From an uncultured Spirochaetota bacterium (lineage in GTDB: Bacteria; Spirochaetota; Spirochaetia; SZUA-6; Fen-1364): DNA of 64,000 bases. Position 1 is the stretch's first letter, and the number at the start of each line of letters is the position of its first letter. Of this stretch, positions 10,075 through 21,303 are shown one piece after another. The translations under genes were made by a program, and so were the position numbers. The DNA lies in assembly GCA_963734545.1 (NCBI GenBank), contig CAVTHO010000005.1, forward strand, positions 448,001-512,000. Direction: 5' to 3'. A model generated the notes under the pieces. It searched no databases. It saw nothing but the letters and a program-made list of their open reading frames with translations, and was not told where the DNA came from.

Positions 10075-11787
10075 CTAGAACACCATGCCCTTGAGCATCA
10101 GGAAATGCTCCAGGATCGGACCCAGGGTCAGGGCGGGAAAGAAGTTCAGCCCCGCCAGGATGATGATCGTGATGATGAGCAGGACGACGAACGTCGTGTT
10201 GTTCGTGGCAAACGTTCCCACGCTTGGCGGGATGGGCGTCTTGGCGCCCAGGCTCCCTGCGATGGCCAGCACCGGCACGATAACGACGAATCGGCCCACG
10301 AGCATCGCGAACGCGAGAGTGACATTGTAGAAGACGTTGTTTGCACCAAGACCCGCGAAGGCGCTCCCGTTGTTGCCGACACCCGACGAGTACGCGTAGA
10401 GGATCTCCGAAAGCCCGTGAGGCCCTGCATTATTGAGAGTCGCGAGTCCTACCTTCGTGACAACCGCCGCGGCGGCGAGGAAAAGGATCGTCACCGTCTG
10501 GCCAATGATGGCGAGAACGGAGAGCTGCACTTCCCGTGATTCGATTTTCTTGCCGATGTACTCGGGTGTCCGTCCCACCATCAATCCCGCGAAGAACACG
10601 GTGATGAAGACGAAGACGAGCATGCCGTACATCCCGGCACCCACGCCGCCGTAGATGATCTCGCCGAGCATGATGTTGATCAGAGGTACCATGCCTCCGA
10701 GCGGGGAGAAGCTGTCGTGCATCGCATTGACTGAGCCGTTGGACACCACCGTGGTGGCCTCCGCCCACATCGCGCTTGCAGGGATGCCGAGGCGAACCTC
10801 CTTCCCCTCCATGGTACCGTGGCCGCCCGTCATGGAATTGAATCCGAGCTCGGCGACCAGGACCACAACCATTCCTATTGCGAAGACCGCCGTCTTGGCG
10901 GCAAAAAGGGCGCGTCCTTGGCTCTTGTCCTTGACCATGCGCCCAAACACGAACGGTATGGCAACGGGGATGAGGAGGATCGCAATCAATTCAAGCATGT
11001 TGCTGAAAGGCGTGGGATTCTCGAAAGGATGAGCGGAGTTCACGCCGAAGAATCCTCCGCCGTTGCTCCCCAGCTCCTTGATGGCGATCTGGGAGGCGGC
11101 GGGACCCATCGGCAGGATCTGATCTTTTCCTTCAAGAGTGACCCCGTGCACGTACGCCGAGAAGTTCTGTACCACCCCCTGCGACATGAGGAGGACCGTG
11201 AGGATCAAGGACAGGGGAATGAGCACGAAAAGCGTGGTGCGGGTCAGATCCACCCAGAAGTTGCCGAGGTGTGCGGGAGCCCTGCCGATGTTCTGGGCGG
11301 AAGGCCTGTTCCTGATCCCCCGAATGAGCGCCAGCGCCGCGGCCATGCCCGTTGCAGCGCTCAGGAAGTTGTGCACCGCGAGGCCTGCCATCTGGGAAAG
11401 GTAGCTCGCGCTCACCTCTCCGTTGTACGACTGCCAGTTCGTGTTGGTCATGAAACTGACGGCCGTGTTCAGAGCGAGATGCCACGACATGTTGGGAACG
11501 TGGGCGGGATTCAGCGGCAGCCACTGCTGAGTCATGAGCAGCGCCATGAGGCTGAGGAATCCGAACGCGTTGAAGATGAGGAGCGCGGCGAGGTACTGCT
11601 TCCAGTCCATCTCGCGCTCAGTGTGGATGCCGCTGATGCGATAGATCCCGCGCTCAACAGAACCAAGGAAGGAGAGCATGTGCCGCTCACCTTCGAAGAC
11701 CCGCGTCATGAACTTCGCAAGGAACGGGGCGAGCGCAAAGACGACGCCCAGGGACACGACGAGTTGCACCCAGTTTGCTGTGGTCAT
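10075..11787 (-). CDS. kdpA: K+-transporting ATPase subunit A
   Basis: SFMTNTNWQSY, IKELGSNGGG, SNGSVNAMHDS, GRTPEYIGKKIE, NNGSAFAG; GGAGG RBS before ATG 11787. Confidence 0.97.
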   Translation of the reverse strand: MTTANWVQLVVSLGVVFALAPFLAKFMTRVFEGERHMLSFLGSVERGIYRISGIHTEREMDWKQYLAALLIFNAFGFLSLMALLMTQQWLPLNPAHVPNMSWHLALNTAVSFMTNTNWQSYNGEVSASYLSQMAGLAVHNFLSAATGMAAALALIRGIRNRPSAQNIGRAPAHLGNFWVDLTRTTLFVLIPLSLILTVLLMSQGVVQNFSAYVHGVTLEGKDQILPMGPAASQIAIKELGSNGGGFFGVNSAHPFENPTPFSNMLELIAILLIPVAIPFVFGRMVKDKSQGRALFAAKTAVFAIGMVVVLVAELGFNSMTGGHGTMEGKEVRLGIPASAMWAEATTVVSNGSVNAMHDSFSPLGGMVPLINIMLGEIIYGGVGAGMYGMLVFVFITVFFAGLMVGRTPEYIGKKIESREVQLSVLAIIGQTVTILFLAAAAVVTKVGLATLNNAGPHGLSEILYAYSSGVGNNGSAFAGLGANNVFYNVTLAFAMLVGRFVVIVPVLAIAGSLGAKTPIPPSVGTFATNNTTFVVLLIITIIILAGLNFFPALTLGPILEHFLMLKGMVF

Positions 11788-11804
11788 GAATGCCTCCGTA
11801 GTCA

Positions 11805-11881
11805 TGGATGACGAGGTCGGCCGAGGCCCTTCCGCGGTACCCCGCGGAGTTGGATGGCCGAAAGGCCGACCCTAGAACTTG
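11805..11881. repeat. Short copy of the palindromic element, in the kdpF-kdpA spacer
   Basis: CCTTCCGCGGTACCCCGCGGAGTTGGATG matches 1270-1298 at 28/29; GGCCGACCCTAGAACTTG is identical to 1367-1384. Confidence 0.8.
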
Positions 11882-11962
11882 TCCGGTCGGACGATGGAGT
11901 ACACCAGGTAGAAAAGGAGGAAAACTCCAAGGATGCCCGCGATAAGTCAATTCGATACTCAT
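11872..11962 (-). CDS. kdpF: KdpF small subunit with one extra base after codon 5; absent from the ORF track
   Basis: MSIEL/LIAGILGVFLLFYLVYSIVRPDKF* has the KdpF YLxYxxxxP(E/D)KF end; lies directly upstream of kdpA; span is 91 nt (3n+1). Confidence 0.85.
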
Positions 11963-12126
11963 GCGTAGAATCATAGGGAGGCTGTAACGCGCAGGGAATT
12001 TCGAGCGCGCTAAGGTTTGGCGAGACCTCATTAAGAATGCGCTAAATATTGCGGCGCAGGGTGGGTATCGGACCGCCCCATTGGTTCAATTGAAATCCAT
12101 GCCCGTAAACGTGTATACATAGCGTC

Positions 12127-12793
12127 ATGCCAACCGCCATCCGCGCGGTCATTTTCGATTTCGGAGGCGTGCTGGGCCTGCCGCAGGACCCTGCGCGGGT
12201 CGCGACCATGGCCTCGCTCTGCGCGCTTTCCATTGACAAGTTCAAATCCGTCTATGGCCGCGACAGGCGCGAGCTGGACAGGGGCACGCTGTCCGCTGAA
12301 GAGTACTGGAGCCGGATCCTGGACTCCGCGGGAATCGCGGCACATCCGGACCTGATTGCGCGCATCGAGCGCGAGGACTCCCTGGGCTGGACAGGGATCA
12401 ACCAGGCTGTGGTCCGACTGGGCCGCCGAGCTGCGCGCGGCGGGATATCAGACCGCAATTCTTTCGAACATGCCTGCCGCGAAGCTCTCCTTCATGCGCG
12501 CCAGCAGCTCTTTCGACTGGATCAACGACTTCCAGCCCGCCCTCTTTTCCTGCGAATACCGGTTGGTGAAGCCCGAGCCTGCGATCTACCGGCTGTGCCT
12601 GGAGAAGCTGGCCGTTGGTCCCGAGAGCTGCATGTTCCTGGACGACGTGCTGCTGAATGTAGAGGCTGCCCGAACCCTGGGCATCCACGCGCTTCACTTT
12701 CGCTCCGCAGCAGCGGAAGCAGCCGAGCTGGAGCTTCGATGGGGACTGCCCGTGAGCAGCCTCAGGAACGGTTCTCGAGGGGGACGCGGATGA
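12127..12793 (+). CDS. HAD-family phosphatase, frameshift near 12415
   Basis: VIFDFGGVL, ILSN, KPEPAIY, FLDD...NVEAARTLG across ORFs 12127 and 12356. Confidence 0.85.
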
Positions 12794-14593
12794 GTGAGGG
12801 CGCCAGTCGGAATGGGAAGCCGCGGCTGAGCTTCGGCCTGCGTGTGAAGATCACTCTCACCTTTCTGATCGTCGGCGCTCTGGTGAGCGGGGTCCTGGCC
12901 GTGGCGATGTTCCGGATACTCAACACGGGGCTGCTGAACCAGGTCCAGACACGGGTCCTTGACCTGGCCGAGCTGGGCAGCCGGCTCGTCGATACGGATG
13001 CGCTTGCACGGCTGGTGGGCAAAATGGGTCCTGACCTCTCTCCCGAGCAGGTGGACACGGTGGAAGGCTCGGCGGATTTCCGCGTCATCTCAGACGAGCT
13101 GAACGGGGTGCGCGGCATAGAGCGCGGGCTCGTGCACTACATCTATCTCTTCGTCCCGACAGCGGACCCCCACACCGCGCTCTACGTCGTCGACGGCGAC
13201 GTCCTTCCCGACAGGGAGAGCCGGAAAGAGGGCACGCCTGCAGCAGAGGACATTTCCCACTTCAGCTCCCCCTTCGATCTCAGTACCTTCCCCGTGCCTC
13301 GTCGCGTCTTCGCGGAAAAGCGTTCCCTCGTGGAAGAGCAGTGGTCGTATGATCCGGAGTTCAAAGTGAACTCGATCTCCGGATACGCCCCGATTTTCGG
13401 CCGTCACGGCGAGATGCTTGCCGCGCTGGGCATTGATATGGTCGACAGAGACGTCCGTCTCATCCTCTCCAACGCGACCAGGGTTGCGCTGTACGTCATC
13501 ATCGGCGCCCTCGTCCTGACGATCGCGAGCTCGATCATCCTGGGAACCCTTTTCACGCGCGGAATCATCTCCCTGGACCTGGTCATGCGGAGATTCGACG
13601 GAAAGAACCTCGACATGAGCGCGCCGACGTGCGTTCCCGCGACGAGGTCGGGAGGCTGGGAGTCAGCTTCAATGCGATGGCGGACACCATCCAGCAGTAC
13701 AGCGTGCGCATGCAGAATCTCCTGGGTGCGTACGGCCGGTTCGTGCCCCACGAGCTCCTGCGCCTGATCGGCAAGGGCAGCATCCTCGACGTGAAGCTGG
13801 GAGACCAGAGCCAGAAGACACATGACTGTCCTGTTCTCCGACATAGTCGGCTTCACCAGCCTTTCCGAGACCATGTCGCCGCTTGAAAACTTCAACTTCC
13901 TCAATTCCTACCTCGGCAGGATGGGCCCTGAAATCCGCGCCCACCGGGGCTTCATTGACAAGTACATAGGGGACGCGATCATGGCGCTGTTCCCCGAGAC
14001 CCCGGACGACGCCCTGGCGGCCGCCGTCAGCATGCACGCGAGGCTGCGGGAGTACAACGTGCATCGGCACAAGAGCGGATACCAGGCCCATCGAGGTCGG
14101 CGTCGGTGTGCATGCAGGAAACCTGATGTTCGGCACCCTCGGGGAACAGGAGCGCATGGACGGATCGGTCATTTCGGACACGGTCAACCTCTGTTCCCGG
14201 CTGCAGGGCCTTACCCGGGTCTACAAGTCCGCAGTCCTGACGACCGGCAGGACGTTGAAGATCATGCAGGACCCCACGCGCTTTCGCTGCCGCTTCATCG
14301 ACAGGGTGAGAGTCCGGGGACGGAAAACGCCGATCCTGCTCTTCGAGGTCCTGGACGCCGAGCCGCAGCAGCAGCGGGAGCGGAAGCTGTCCTACATGTC
14401 CGATCTCGCACGGGCGCTCCGGCTCTACTATGGGAAGGATTTCACGGCAGCATTCGACATCATTCGCGAGCTTTTTGAACGCAACCCTGAAGACGAGGTC
14501 CTTCGAATCTATCGAAAGCGCTGCGAGCTCCTTGTGAATCTCGGGGTGCCTGATGACTGGCAGGGCGTGCAGGAAGTCGACGCGCACAACTAA
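12790..14593 (+). CDS. Membrane class III adenylate cyclase (TM-extracytoplasmic sensor-TM-HAMP-cyclase), about 3 frameshifts
   Basis: RDEVGRLGVSFNAM (HAMP), FVPHELL, VLFSDIVGFT, IDKYIGDAIM, MDGSVISDTVNLCSRLQ; K and D specificity residues point to ATP. Confidence 0.85.
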
Positions 14594-14675
14594 GCTCTGA
14601 TCTATATTGTTTCTGAATATATAAATAGCAGCATGGCCGAATCGTGATGGGCACGTGCGTTTTTCTCAACTTATA

Positions 14676-14681
14676 TTGACA
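14676..14681 (+). promoter_or_regulatory. Sigma70 -35 element of the hydrogenase operon promoter
   Basis: TTGACA in an AT-rich region upstream of hydC; -10 element not clear. Confidence 0.45.
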
Positions 14682-14706
14682 TTTTCATCACGAAATGGTA
14701 TTGGTT

Positions 14707-14730
14707 ATATTGTGAATTAGTTCACAATAT
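14707..14730. promoter_or_regulatory. Rex operator (ROP)
   Basis: ATA-TTGTGAA-TTAG-TTCACAA-TAT, a perfect match to the Rex consensus TTGTGAA-N4-TTCACAA, about 50 nt upstream of hydC. Confidence 0.85.
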
Positions 14731-14779
14731 CAACAAGACTTCATACATGATTTCAAGGGATTCTTTTCAGGGGGAATCT

Positions 14780-15265
14780 ATGGAAATGACACAGAGCGCG
14801 AGACCCATCGAAGAGGTAGTCGCCAAGTATCCCAGGGGCAGGGAGCATCTCATCTCCATTCTGCAAGAGGTCCAGGCAGAGTACGGATACCTGTCGAAGG
14901 AGAGCATCAACAGAATCTCGGACTACCTGGGTCTGCCTTCTTCGAAGATCTTCGGCGTGGCAACCTTCTACAACCAGTTCAGGCTCAGCGCGCCCGGGAG
15001 GATCCAGGTGGCAATCTGCCGTGGAACGGCGTGCCACGTGAAAGGCTCCCTCAACCTTCTGGACAACTGCCGCCAGCTCCTCGGAATCGAGGTGGGCCAG
15101 ACATCGAAGGACGGGCTCTTCTCCCTGGAGACCGTGGCCTGTCTCGGGTGCTGCTCGATCGCCCCCGCCATCATGGTCAACGGCAGGTTCTTCGGCCGCC
15201 TGGACAAGAAGACGCTGGAGGAGCTGATCGAGAAGTGGCGCGCCGCGGGGAGGGTCGAGGAATGA
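14780..15265 (+). CDS. hydC: Bifurcating [FeFe]-hydrogenase gamma subunit (NuoE-like, 2Fe-2S)
   Basis: GVATFYNQF, CRGTACHVKG, ACLGCCSIAP. Confidence 0.92.
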   Translation: MEMTQSARPIEEVVAKYPRGREHLISILQEVQAEYGYLSKESINRISDYLGLPSSKIFGVATFYNQFRLSAPGRIQVAICRGTACHVKGSLNLLDNCRQLLGIEVGQTSKDGLFSLETVACLGCCSIAPAIMVNGRFFGRLDKKTLEELIEKWRAAGRVEE

Positions 15266-17086
15266 GCAAGGTATTCATCGGCATGGGGACCTGCGGCCTG
15301 GCGACGGGCGCGGGACAGGTGAAAACCGCGGTGGAAAAGTGGGCTGCGGCCCGCGCGGTCAACGTGGAGATAACCGCCACGGGGTGCATCGGGTACTGCA
15401 AGGCGGAGCCCATCATGGACGTGGTCACGGATTCCGGGCACCGGGTGTCCTACAGCAATGTCACCCCCGAAGTCGCAGGTTTCATCCTTGACGAGGTCCT
15501 TGTCAGAAAAAACTACAGTCTGGACGGGCTCCTGGGGCAGTTCCGCAATGGCAAGTCTCCGCTCCCCGGCATCCCCCTGCTCGACGAGCACCCCTATTTC
15601 AGGAAGCAGGTGAAGTACGTGCTGCGCAACTGCGGGGTGATCGACCCGGAGTCCATCGGGGATTATCGCGCGCACGGCGGCTTTCAGGGTTTCGACAAGG
15701 CACTCGGCATGACCCGGGAGCAGGTGATCCAGGAGATCACCCGGTCAGGGCTTCGCGGCCGCGGGGGAAGCGGGTTCCTGGCGGGCAAGAAGTGGGAGCT
15801 CGCCCTGGTCTCCAAGAACGAAAAAAAGTACGTGATCTGCAATGCCGACGAAGGGGACCCCGGCGCATTCATGGACCGCTCGATCCTGGAAGGGGACACC
15901 TACGCGGTGCTCGAAGGCATGATGATTGCCGGCTACGCCATCGGCGCCGACGAGGGCATCATCTACTGCCGTGCCGAGTACCCGCTCGCGATCGGACGGA
16001 TCAGGAAGGCCATCGAAGTCCTGAAGGCGGAAGGGCTGCTGGAAAAGCCGGTCGGCGCCATCCGGTTTCCAGTTCAAGCTCCGCATCAAGATGGGCGCCG
16101 GCGCATTCGTCTGCGGCGAGGAGACGGCGCTCATGGCATCCGTCGAAGGAAGGCGCGGCATGCCGCGGCCGCGGCCGCCGTTTCCCTCGGTGGAAGGTCT
16201 TTTCCAGAAGCCCACGATCGTGAACAACGTGGAGACCATGGCCAATGTCTCCCACATCATGCGGGAAGGCGCCGAGAGCTTCTCCTGCATGGGCACGCAG
16301 AACTCCAAGGGCACAAAGGTGTTCGCCCTCACGGGAAAAATCGTAAACGCGGGGCTCGTCGAAGTCCCCATGGGCATCACCCTGCGCGAGATCGTCTTCG
16401 ACATCGGCGGCGGCATCCCCGGGGGCAAGGCCTTCAAGGCGGTGCAGATCGGCGGACCCTCGGGCGGGTGCATCCCGGCCGAGCACCTGGACATCCAGAT
16501 CGACTACGAGTCACTCAAGTCGCTGGGCACGATCATGGGCTCGGGCGGACTGGTCGTGATGGACGAGGACACCTGCATGGTGGACATGGCGCGCTACTTC
16601 CTCTCGTTCATCACCTCCGAGTCGTGCGGGAAATGCATCCCCTGCCGCGAAGGCACGCAGAGGCTGTTCGAGATTCTCGATTCCATCGTGTCCCCCTATT
16701 CAAGCATGAAGAATGAAACGGAGAACCTTCTGCGGTTCAACCGTGTCCTCAACATGGAAGGCCTGGCCCAGGTGATCAGGGACACGTCCCTCTGCGGTCT
16801 GGGCCAGAGCGCGCCCAACCCGGTGCTCTCGACGCTGCGCTTCTTCCGCAAGGAATACGAGGCGCACATTTACGATCGAAAATGCCCCGCGCACCAGTGC
16901 AAGGGCCTCCTGACGTATTCGATCGACACCAACGCCTGCACGGGCTGCACCCTGTGCGCGAAGAAGTGTCCGACCGCCTCCATCGTGGGAGAGAGGAAGA
17001 AGGCCCACTACATCGTGGACGAGAAATGCATCCGCTGCGGGACCTGTCTTGATGTCTGCCGCTTCAGCGCGGTGACGGTGAACTGA
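15262..17086 (+). CDS. hydB: Bifurcating [FeFe]-hydrogenase beta subunit (NuoF-like, FMN/NADH), frameshift near 16050
   Basis: [63 protein letters not shown], two C-terminal 4Fe-4S motifs. Confidence 0.92.
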
Positions 17087-17102
17087 GAGAAGGAAGGAAC
17101 GA

Positions 17103-18827
17103 ATGGTCAATCTCACGATCAACAACAGGAAGCTGCAGTCCAGGCCCGGCACCACGATCCTCGAGGCCGCTCAGCACGCCGGGGAGAAGATCCCCACGCT
17201 CTGCCATATCAAGGGCCTGTTCCCCAGCGGCGCCTGCAGGATGTGCGTCGTGGAGGTCAAGGGCAAGCCCAATCTCACGCCCTCGTGCGCGTTTCCCGTG
17301 GAAGAGGGCATGGAAATCCAGACACGGAGCCCCCGGGTCATCAACGCGCGCCGGACCATCATCCAGCTCCTCCTGGCCAGCCATCCGTTCGACTGCCTCA
17401 CCTGTCCGAAGAACGGCTATTGCGAGCTTCAGTCACTGGCCTCGGAATACGGCATCGACAGGGTGCCCTTTCAGGGAAAGACGCGGCATCACTATACCGA
17501 CTTCTCCTCCCCCTCGATCATCAGGGAACCGGACAAGTGCATACTCTGCGGCCGCTGCGTCAGGATCTGCGAAGAGATACAGGGCGTTGCCGCCATCGAC
17601 TTCACGCGCCGGGGCTTCGACACGATGGTTCTTCCTCCGTTCGAGATGGACCTGAGCGAGACTACGTGCGTGAACTGCGGCCAGTGCACGCTTGCCTGCC
17701 CGACGGGCGCGCTGCACGAGGTGCGTGCCCTGGAGAAGGTCATGCAGACCCTGCAGGAAGGAAAGAAGTACCTGGTGGTGCAGGCGGCGCCCGCCATTCG
17801 CGTCTCTCTCGGCGACTTCTTCGGGCTCCCGCCGGGTGCGAACGTCACGGGCAAGGTGGCGGCCGCGCTGCGGAGAATCGGCTTCCGCCAGGTGTTCGAC
17901 ACCGATTTTGCCGCCGACCTTACCATCATGGAGGAAGGGACCGAGCTCGTGGAGAGGATCACGAAGGGGGAGAATCTGCCCCTCTTCACGTCCTGCTGTC
18001 CGGCGTGGATCAAATACGCGGAAATCTACTATCCCGAGCTCCTGAAAAACATCTCCACGTGCAAGTCCCCGCAGGAGATGATGGGCGCCACCATCAAGAG
18101 CTACCTGGCGAAGAAGCAGAACATCGACCCCAAGGATATCTTCGTGGTCTCGGTCATGCCCTGCACCGCCAAGAAGTTCGAGGCGCTGCGGCCCGAGCTC
18201 TCCTCCGAAACGGGCGTTGCGGACGTCGACGCGGTGATCACGACGCGGCAGCTCAACAGGATGATGCAGATTTTCGGCATCGACTTCGCCAGCCTCCCCG
18301 AGGAGGAGTTCGACAGGCCGTTCGGCGCGCCTACGGGATCCGGGGACATCTTTGCCGCCTCGGGCGGAGTCATGGAGTCGGCCCTGCGCACCGCCTATCA
18401 CCTTCTCACGGGAAAGGATCTGGCAAAAGTCGAGTTCGAGGACGTACGCGGCATGAGCGGCGTGAAGGAAGCCCGGCTCACGATCGGGGAGCGGACGCTC
18501 AAGATCGCGGTGGCCAACCGTCTCTCCAATGCCCGCCAGATAGCGGAGAGGGTAAAGGCGGGCGACTCGCCCTGGGACTTCATCGAGATCATGGCCTGCC
18601 CCGGGGGCTGCGCGGGGGGCGGCGGGCAGTTGTTCGGCTACGACCCCGAGAGGGTTGAACAGCGCATCAGGTCAATCTACGCTCTGGACAGGAGCCGGAC
18701 GGTCCGCATGTCCTACAAGAACCCTGCCATCATGGCCGTCTACAAGGAGTTTTTCGAGGGTCCGGGATCGCACAAAGCACACGAGTTGCTGCACACCGAA
18801 TATGCGCCACGGGTGGCGCATCGGTAG
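17103..18827 (+). CDS. hydA: [FeFe]-hydrogenase catalytic subunit (group A3 by its hydBC context)
   Basis: H-cluster motifs TSCCPAW, MPCTAKKFE, EIMACPGGCAGGGGQ; N-terminal 2Fe-2S, His-ligated and two 4Fe-4S clusters; C-terminal HELLHT. Confidence 0.96.
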   Translation: MVNLTINNRKLQSRPGTTILEAAQHAGEKIPTLCHIKGLFPSGACRMCVVEVKGKPNLTPSCAFPVEEGMEIQTRSPRVINARRTIIQLLLASHPFDCLTCPKNGYCELQSLASEYGIDRVPFQGKTRHHYTDFSSPSIIREPDKCILCGRCVRICEEIQGVAAIDFTRRGFDTMVLPPFEMDLSETTCVNCGQCTLACPTGALHEVRALEKVMQTLQEGKKYLVVQAAPAIRVSLGDFFGLPPGANVTGKVAAALRRIGFRQVFDTDFAADLTIMEEGTELVERITKGENLPLFTSCCPAWIKYAEIYYPELLKNISTCKSPQEMMGATIKSYLAKKQNIDPKDIFVVSVMPCTAKKFEALRPELSSETGVADVDAVITTRQLNRMMQIFGIDFASLPEEEFDRPFGAPTGSGDIFAASGGVMESALRTAYHLLTGKDLAKVEFEDVRGMSGVKEARLTIGERTLKIAVANRLSNARQIAERVKAGDSPWDFIEIMACPGGCAGGGGQLFGYDPERVEQRIRSIYALDRSRTVRMSYKNPAIMAVYKEFFEGPGSHKAHELLHTEYAPRVAHR

Positions 18828-18856
18828 CGCGCAGGAGAGTGCCCGAGGTCGCGGTA

Positions 18857-20884
18857 ATGGTATCCGTCTACACGGTCGGAGAGATCTGCAAGAAGTGCTA
18901 CTCCTGCGTGCGGTCCTGCCCGACCAAGGCCCTGCTCGTGCGCGGCGGGCAGGCCGACATCATCGAGGACTTCTGCATCTCCTGCGGCTATTGCGTCAAC
19001 GTCTGCTCGCAGGGCGCGAAGCGCGTCGTCTCCTCGCTTCCCGCCGTGCGGGAGATCCTGGCGGGGCCGGGAGCCAAGTACGCGCTCCTGGCGCCCTCGT
19101 TTCCCGCGGCCTTCCTCGACCTTCCCCCGGAGAGGCTCGTCGGCGCCCTGCAGGCGGCGGGCTTCGACGGCGTGTACGAGGTGGCCTTCGGCGCCGACCT
19201 CGTGGCGCAGGAGTACGCCCGTCGTTTTCACGAGCTTCAGGAGCGCAGCTCGGAGGATTTCCTGATCTCCACGCCGTGCCCCGCCGTGGTGCAGTACGTG
19301 GAAAAGGTGCTGCCGGAGCTTGCGCCGCACCTCGCCGGCATCGTCTCGCCCATGGAAGCCACGGCGCGGGTCGTGCGGCAGAAGCTGTGCGGGCGGGGGG
19401 AATCGCGGGAGGCCCGGCTGGTGTTCATAGGCCCGTGCGTGGCGAAGAAGGTCGAGGCCTGGCGTTCAGGTGAAGTGGATGCCGTCCTCACGTTTTCCGA
19501 GCTCGCGGAGCTCTTCGCAGATGCCGGCATCGATCCCCCGTCGGCGCGTCCCGCGGATTTCCGCCCTCCCCACGCCAACCTCGGCCGGATCTACCCGGTG
19601 ACCGGCGGGCTCCTGAAGGCAGCGGCCATCGACGCGGACATCCTGGAAAGCCCCGTCTACGTCGTGGAGGGAGCCGAGCGGGTCATGGAGATCCTTCAGG
19701 TCCTCTCCCAGAGGGTCAGGACCGGGCAGCGGGTGAACTACCGCCTGTTCGATCTCCTGTTCTGCGAAGGGTGCATCGGCGGCCCCGTGATGGTGAACGA
19801 TCTCACATTCTTCGAGCGCAAGAAGTACGTGGTGCGCTACATGGAAGACCGCCCGATCGTGCGGGACGTGGAGGAATGGGCGGAGCAGACATCGCGACTA
19901 CCTCGCGGTGGACCTCTCCGACGGCATTCCACCCGGTGATCCGCGAGGAGGTGGCCGCGCCCGAGGAGGAAATCCGCAGGATCCTCGCCCTGACGGGCAA
20001 GAACTCCCCTTCGGATGAGCTGAACTGCGGCGCCTGCGGATACGCCTCCTGTCGGGACAAGGCCCTGGCGGTTTTCCGCGGAAAGGCCGAGGTGGAGATG
20101 TGCCTTCCCTACCTGATCGCGCGGGTGGAGAAGGCGATGAATGACCTCACGGACAACCAGGCGCGGCTGATCCAGGCGGAGAAGCTCGCCTCCATGGGTC
20201 AGATGGCGGCGGGTATCGCCCACGAGATCAACAATCCGCTGGGCGTCGTGCTCATGTACTCCCACCTGCTGAAGGACGAGCTGGCGGATGCCTCCCGGCC
20301 GCAGGAGGACGTGGAGCGGATCATCGCGGAGGCGGAGCGCACGCGCGGCATCGTGCGCGGCATCCTGAACTTCGCCCGTGAGGAGAAGGTGGACCGCGCG
20401 CCCACCGACATCAACGCGCTGTTGAGGAACTCGGCGGAAGGGATCGTGGCAACTTCACCAGAGGGGAAATTCCGTGTAGAGTTCCCTCTTGACGCCTCCC
20501 TTGGCCCCCAGCATGGTGGACGGCGGCCAGCTCCGCCAGGTCTTCGACAATCTGCTGAAGAACGCGGTGGAGGCCATGCCGGACGGCGGGGCGATCCGCG
20601 TGGCCACGGAGGACGGGGAGGGAGAGTTCACCGTGACGGTTTCCGACACGGGCGCCGGGATCCCCGAGGAGAACCTGCCGAAGATGTTCACGCCCTTTTT
20701 CACGACGAAGAAGGTCGGCAAGGGGACGGGGCTCGGGCTCTCGGTCTGCTACGGCATCGTGAAAATGCACGGGGGAACCATCCAGGCGGCGAACGTGCCG
20801 GGCGGTGGTGCATGCTTCACCGTGCGCATCACGGCACTCGCATCCGCTGCCGCGCCGCTGTCGGGTCAGCGTCGGCAGGTCTAA
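18857..20884 (+). CDS. Sensory-type (group C-like) [FeFe]-hydrogenase fused to an FeS domain and histidine kinase; frameshifts near 19890 and 20500
   Basis: Two 4Fe-4S motifs ([23 protein letters not shown]), variant H-cluster motifs [28 protein letters not shown]; [11 protein letters not shown]...EMCLPY; AHEINNPL H-box; NLLKNA, DTGAGI, GTGLGL. Confidence 0.85.
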
Positions 20885-20895
20885 GGAGGAAGGCT

Positions 20896-21303
20896 TTGGC
20901 TCGCATACTTATCGTTGACGACGACACGGATCTCCTCGAGGGACAGAGGCTGTTCCTGGAGAAGAACGGATACACGATCGAGACCGCGCTCACCATCGAA
21001 GAGGGCCTGGAAAAGGCGCAGGAGGCCGCCGCCCGACATGATCATTGCCGACCTCATGATGGAGCATTACGATTCGGGGTTCGTGTTCTGCAAGAAGGTG
21101 CGGGAGCTGCCCGGGCTGCAGAAGGTGCCCATCATCATGCAGACCGCAGCGCCCCGCAAGGTCGGGCTTCACCTTCGAGACCGGCGCCGCCCCCGGGCGG
21201 GAATGGATGAAGGTGGACGAGGTCCTCACCAAGCCGGTGCCGCTGGAGCACCTCCTGGGCAAGATCGAGCAGTACCTGTCCGGCAAGGCGCGCGCATGCC
21301 TGA
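20896..21303 (+). CDS. Single-domain response regulator (REC), TTG start, frameshifted; 3' end approximate
   Basis: AAGGAGG RBS; ARILIVDDDTDLL, DMIIADLMM, PIIMQT, LTKPV in successive frames. Confidence 0.75.
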
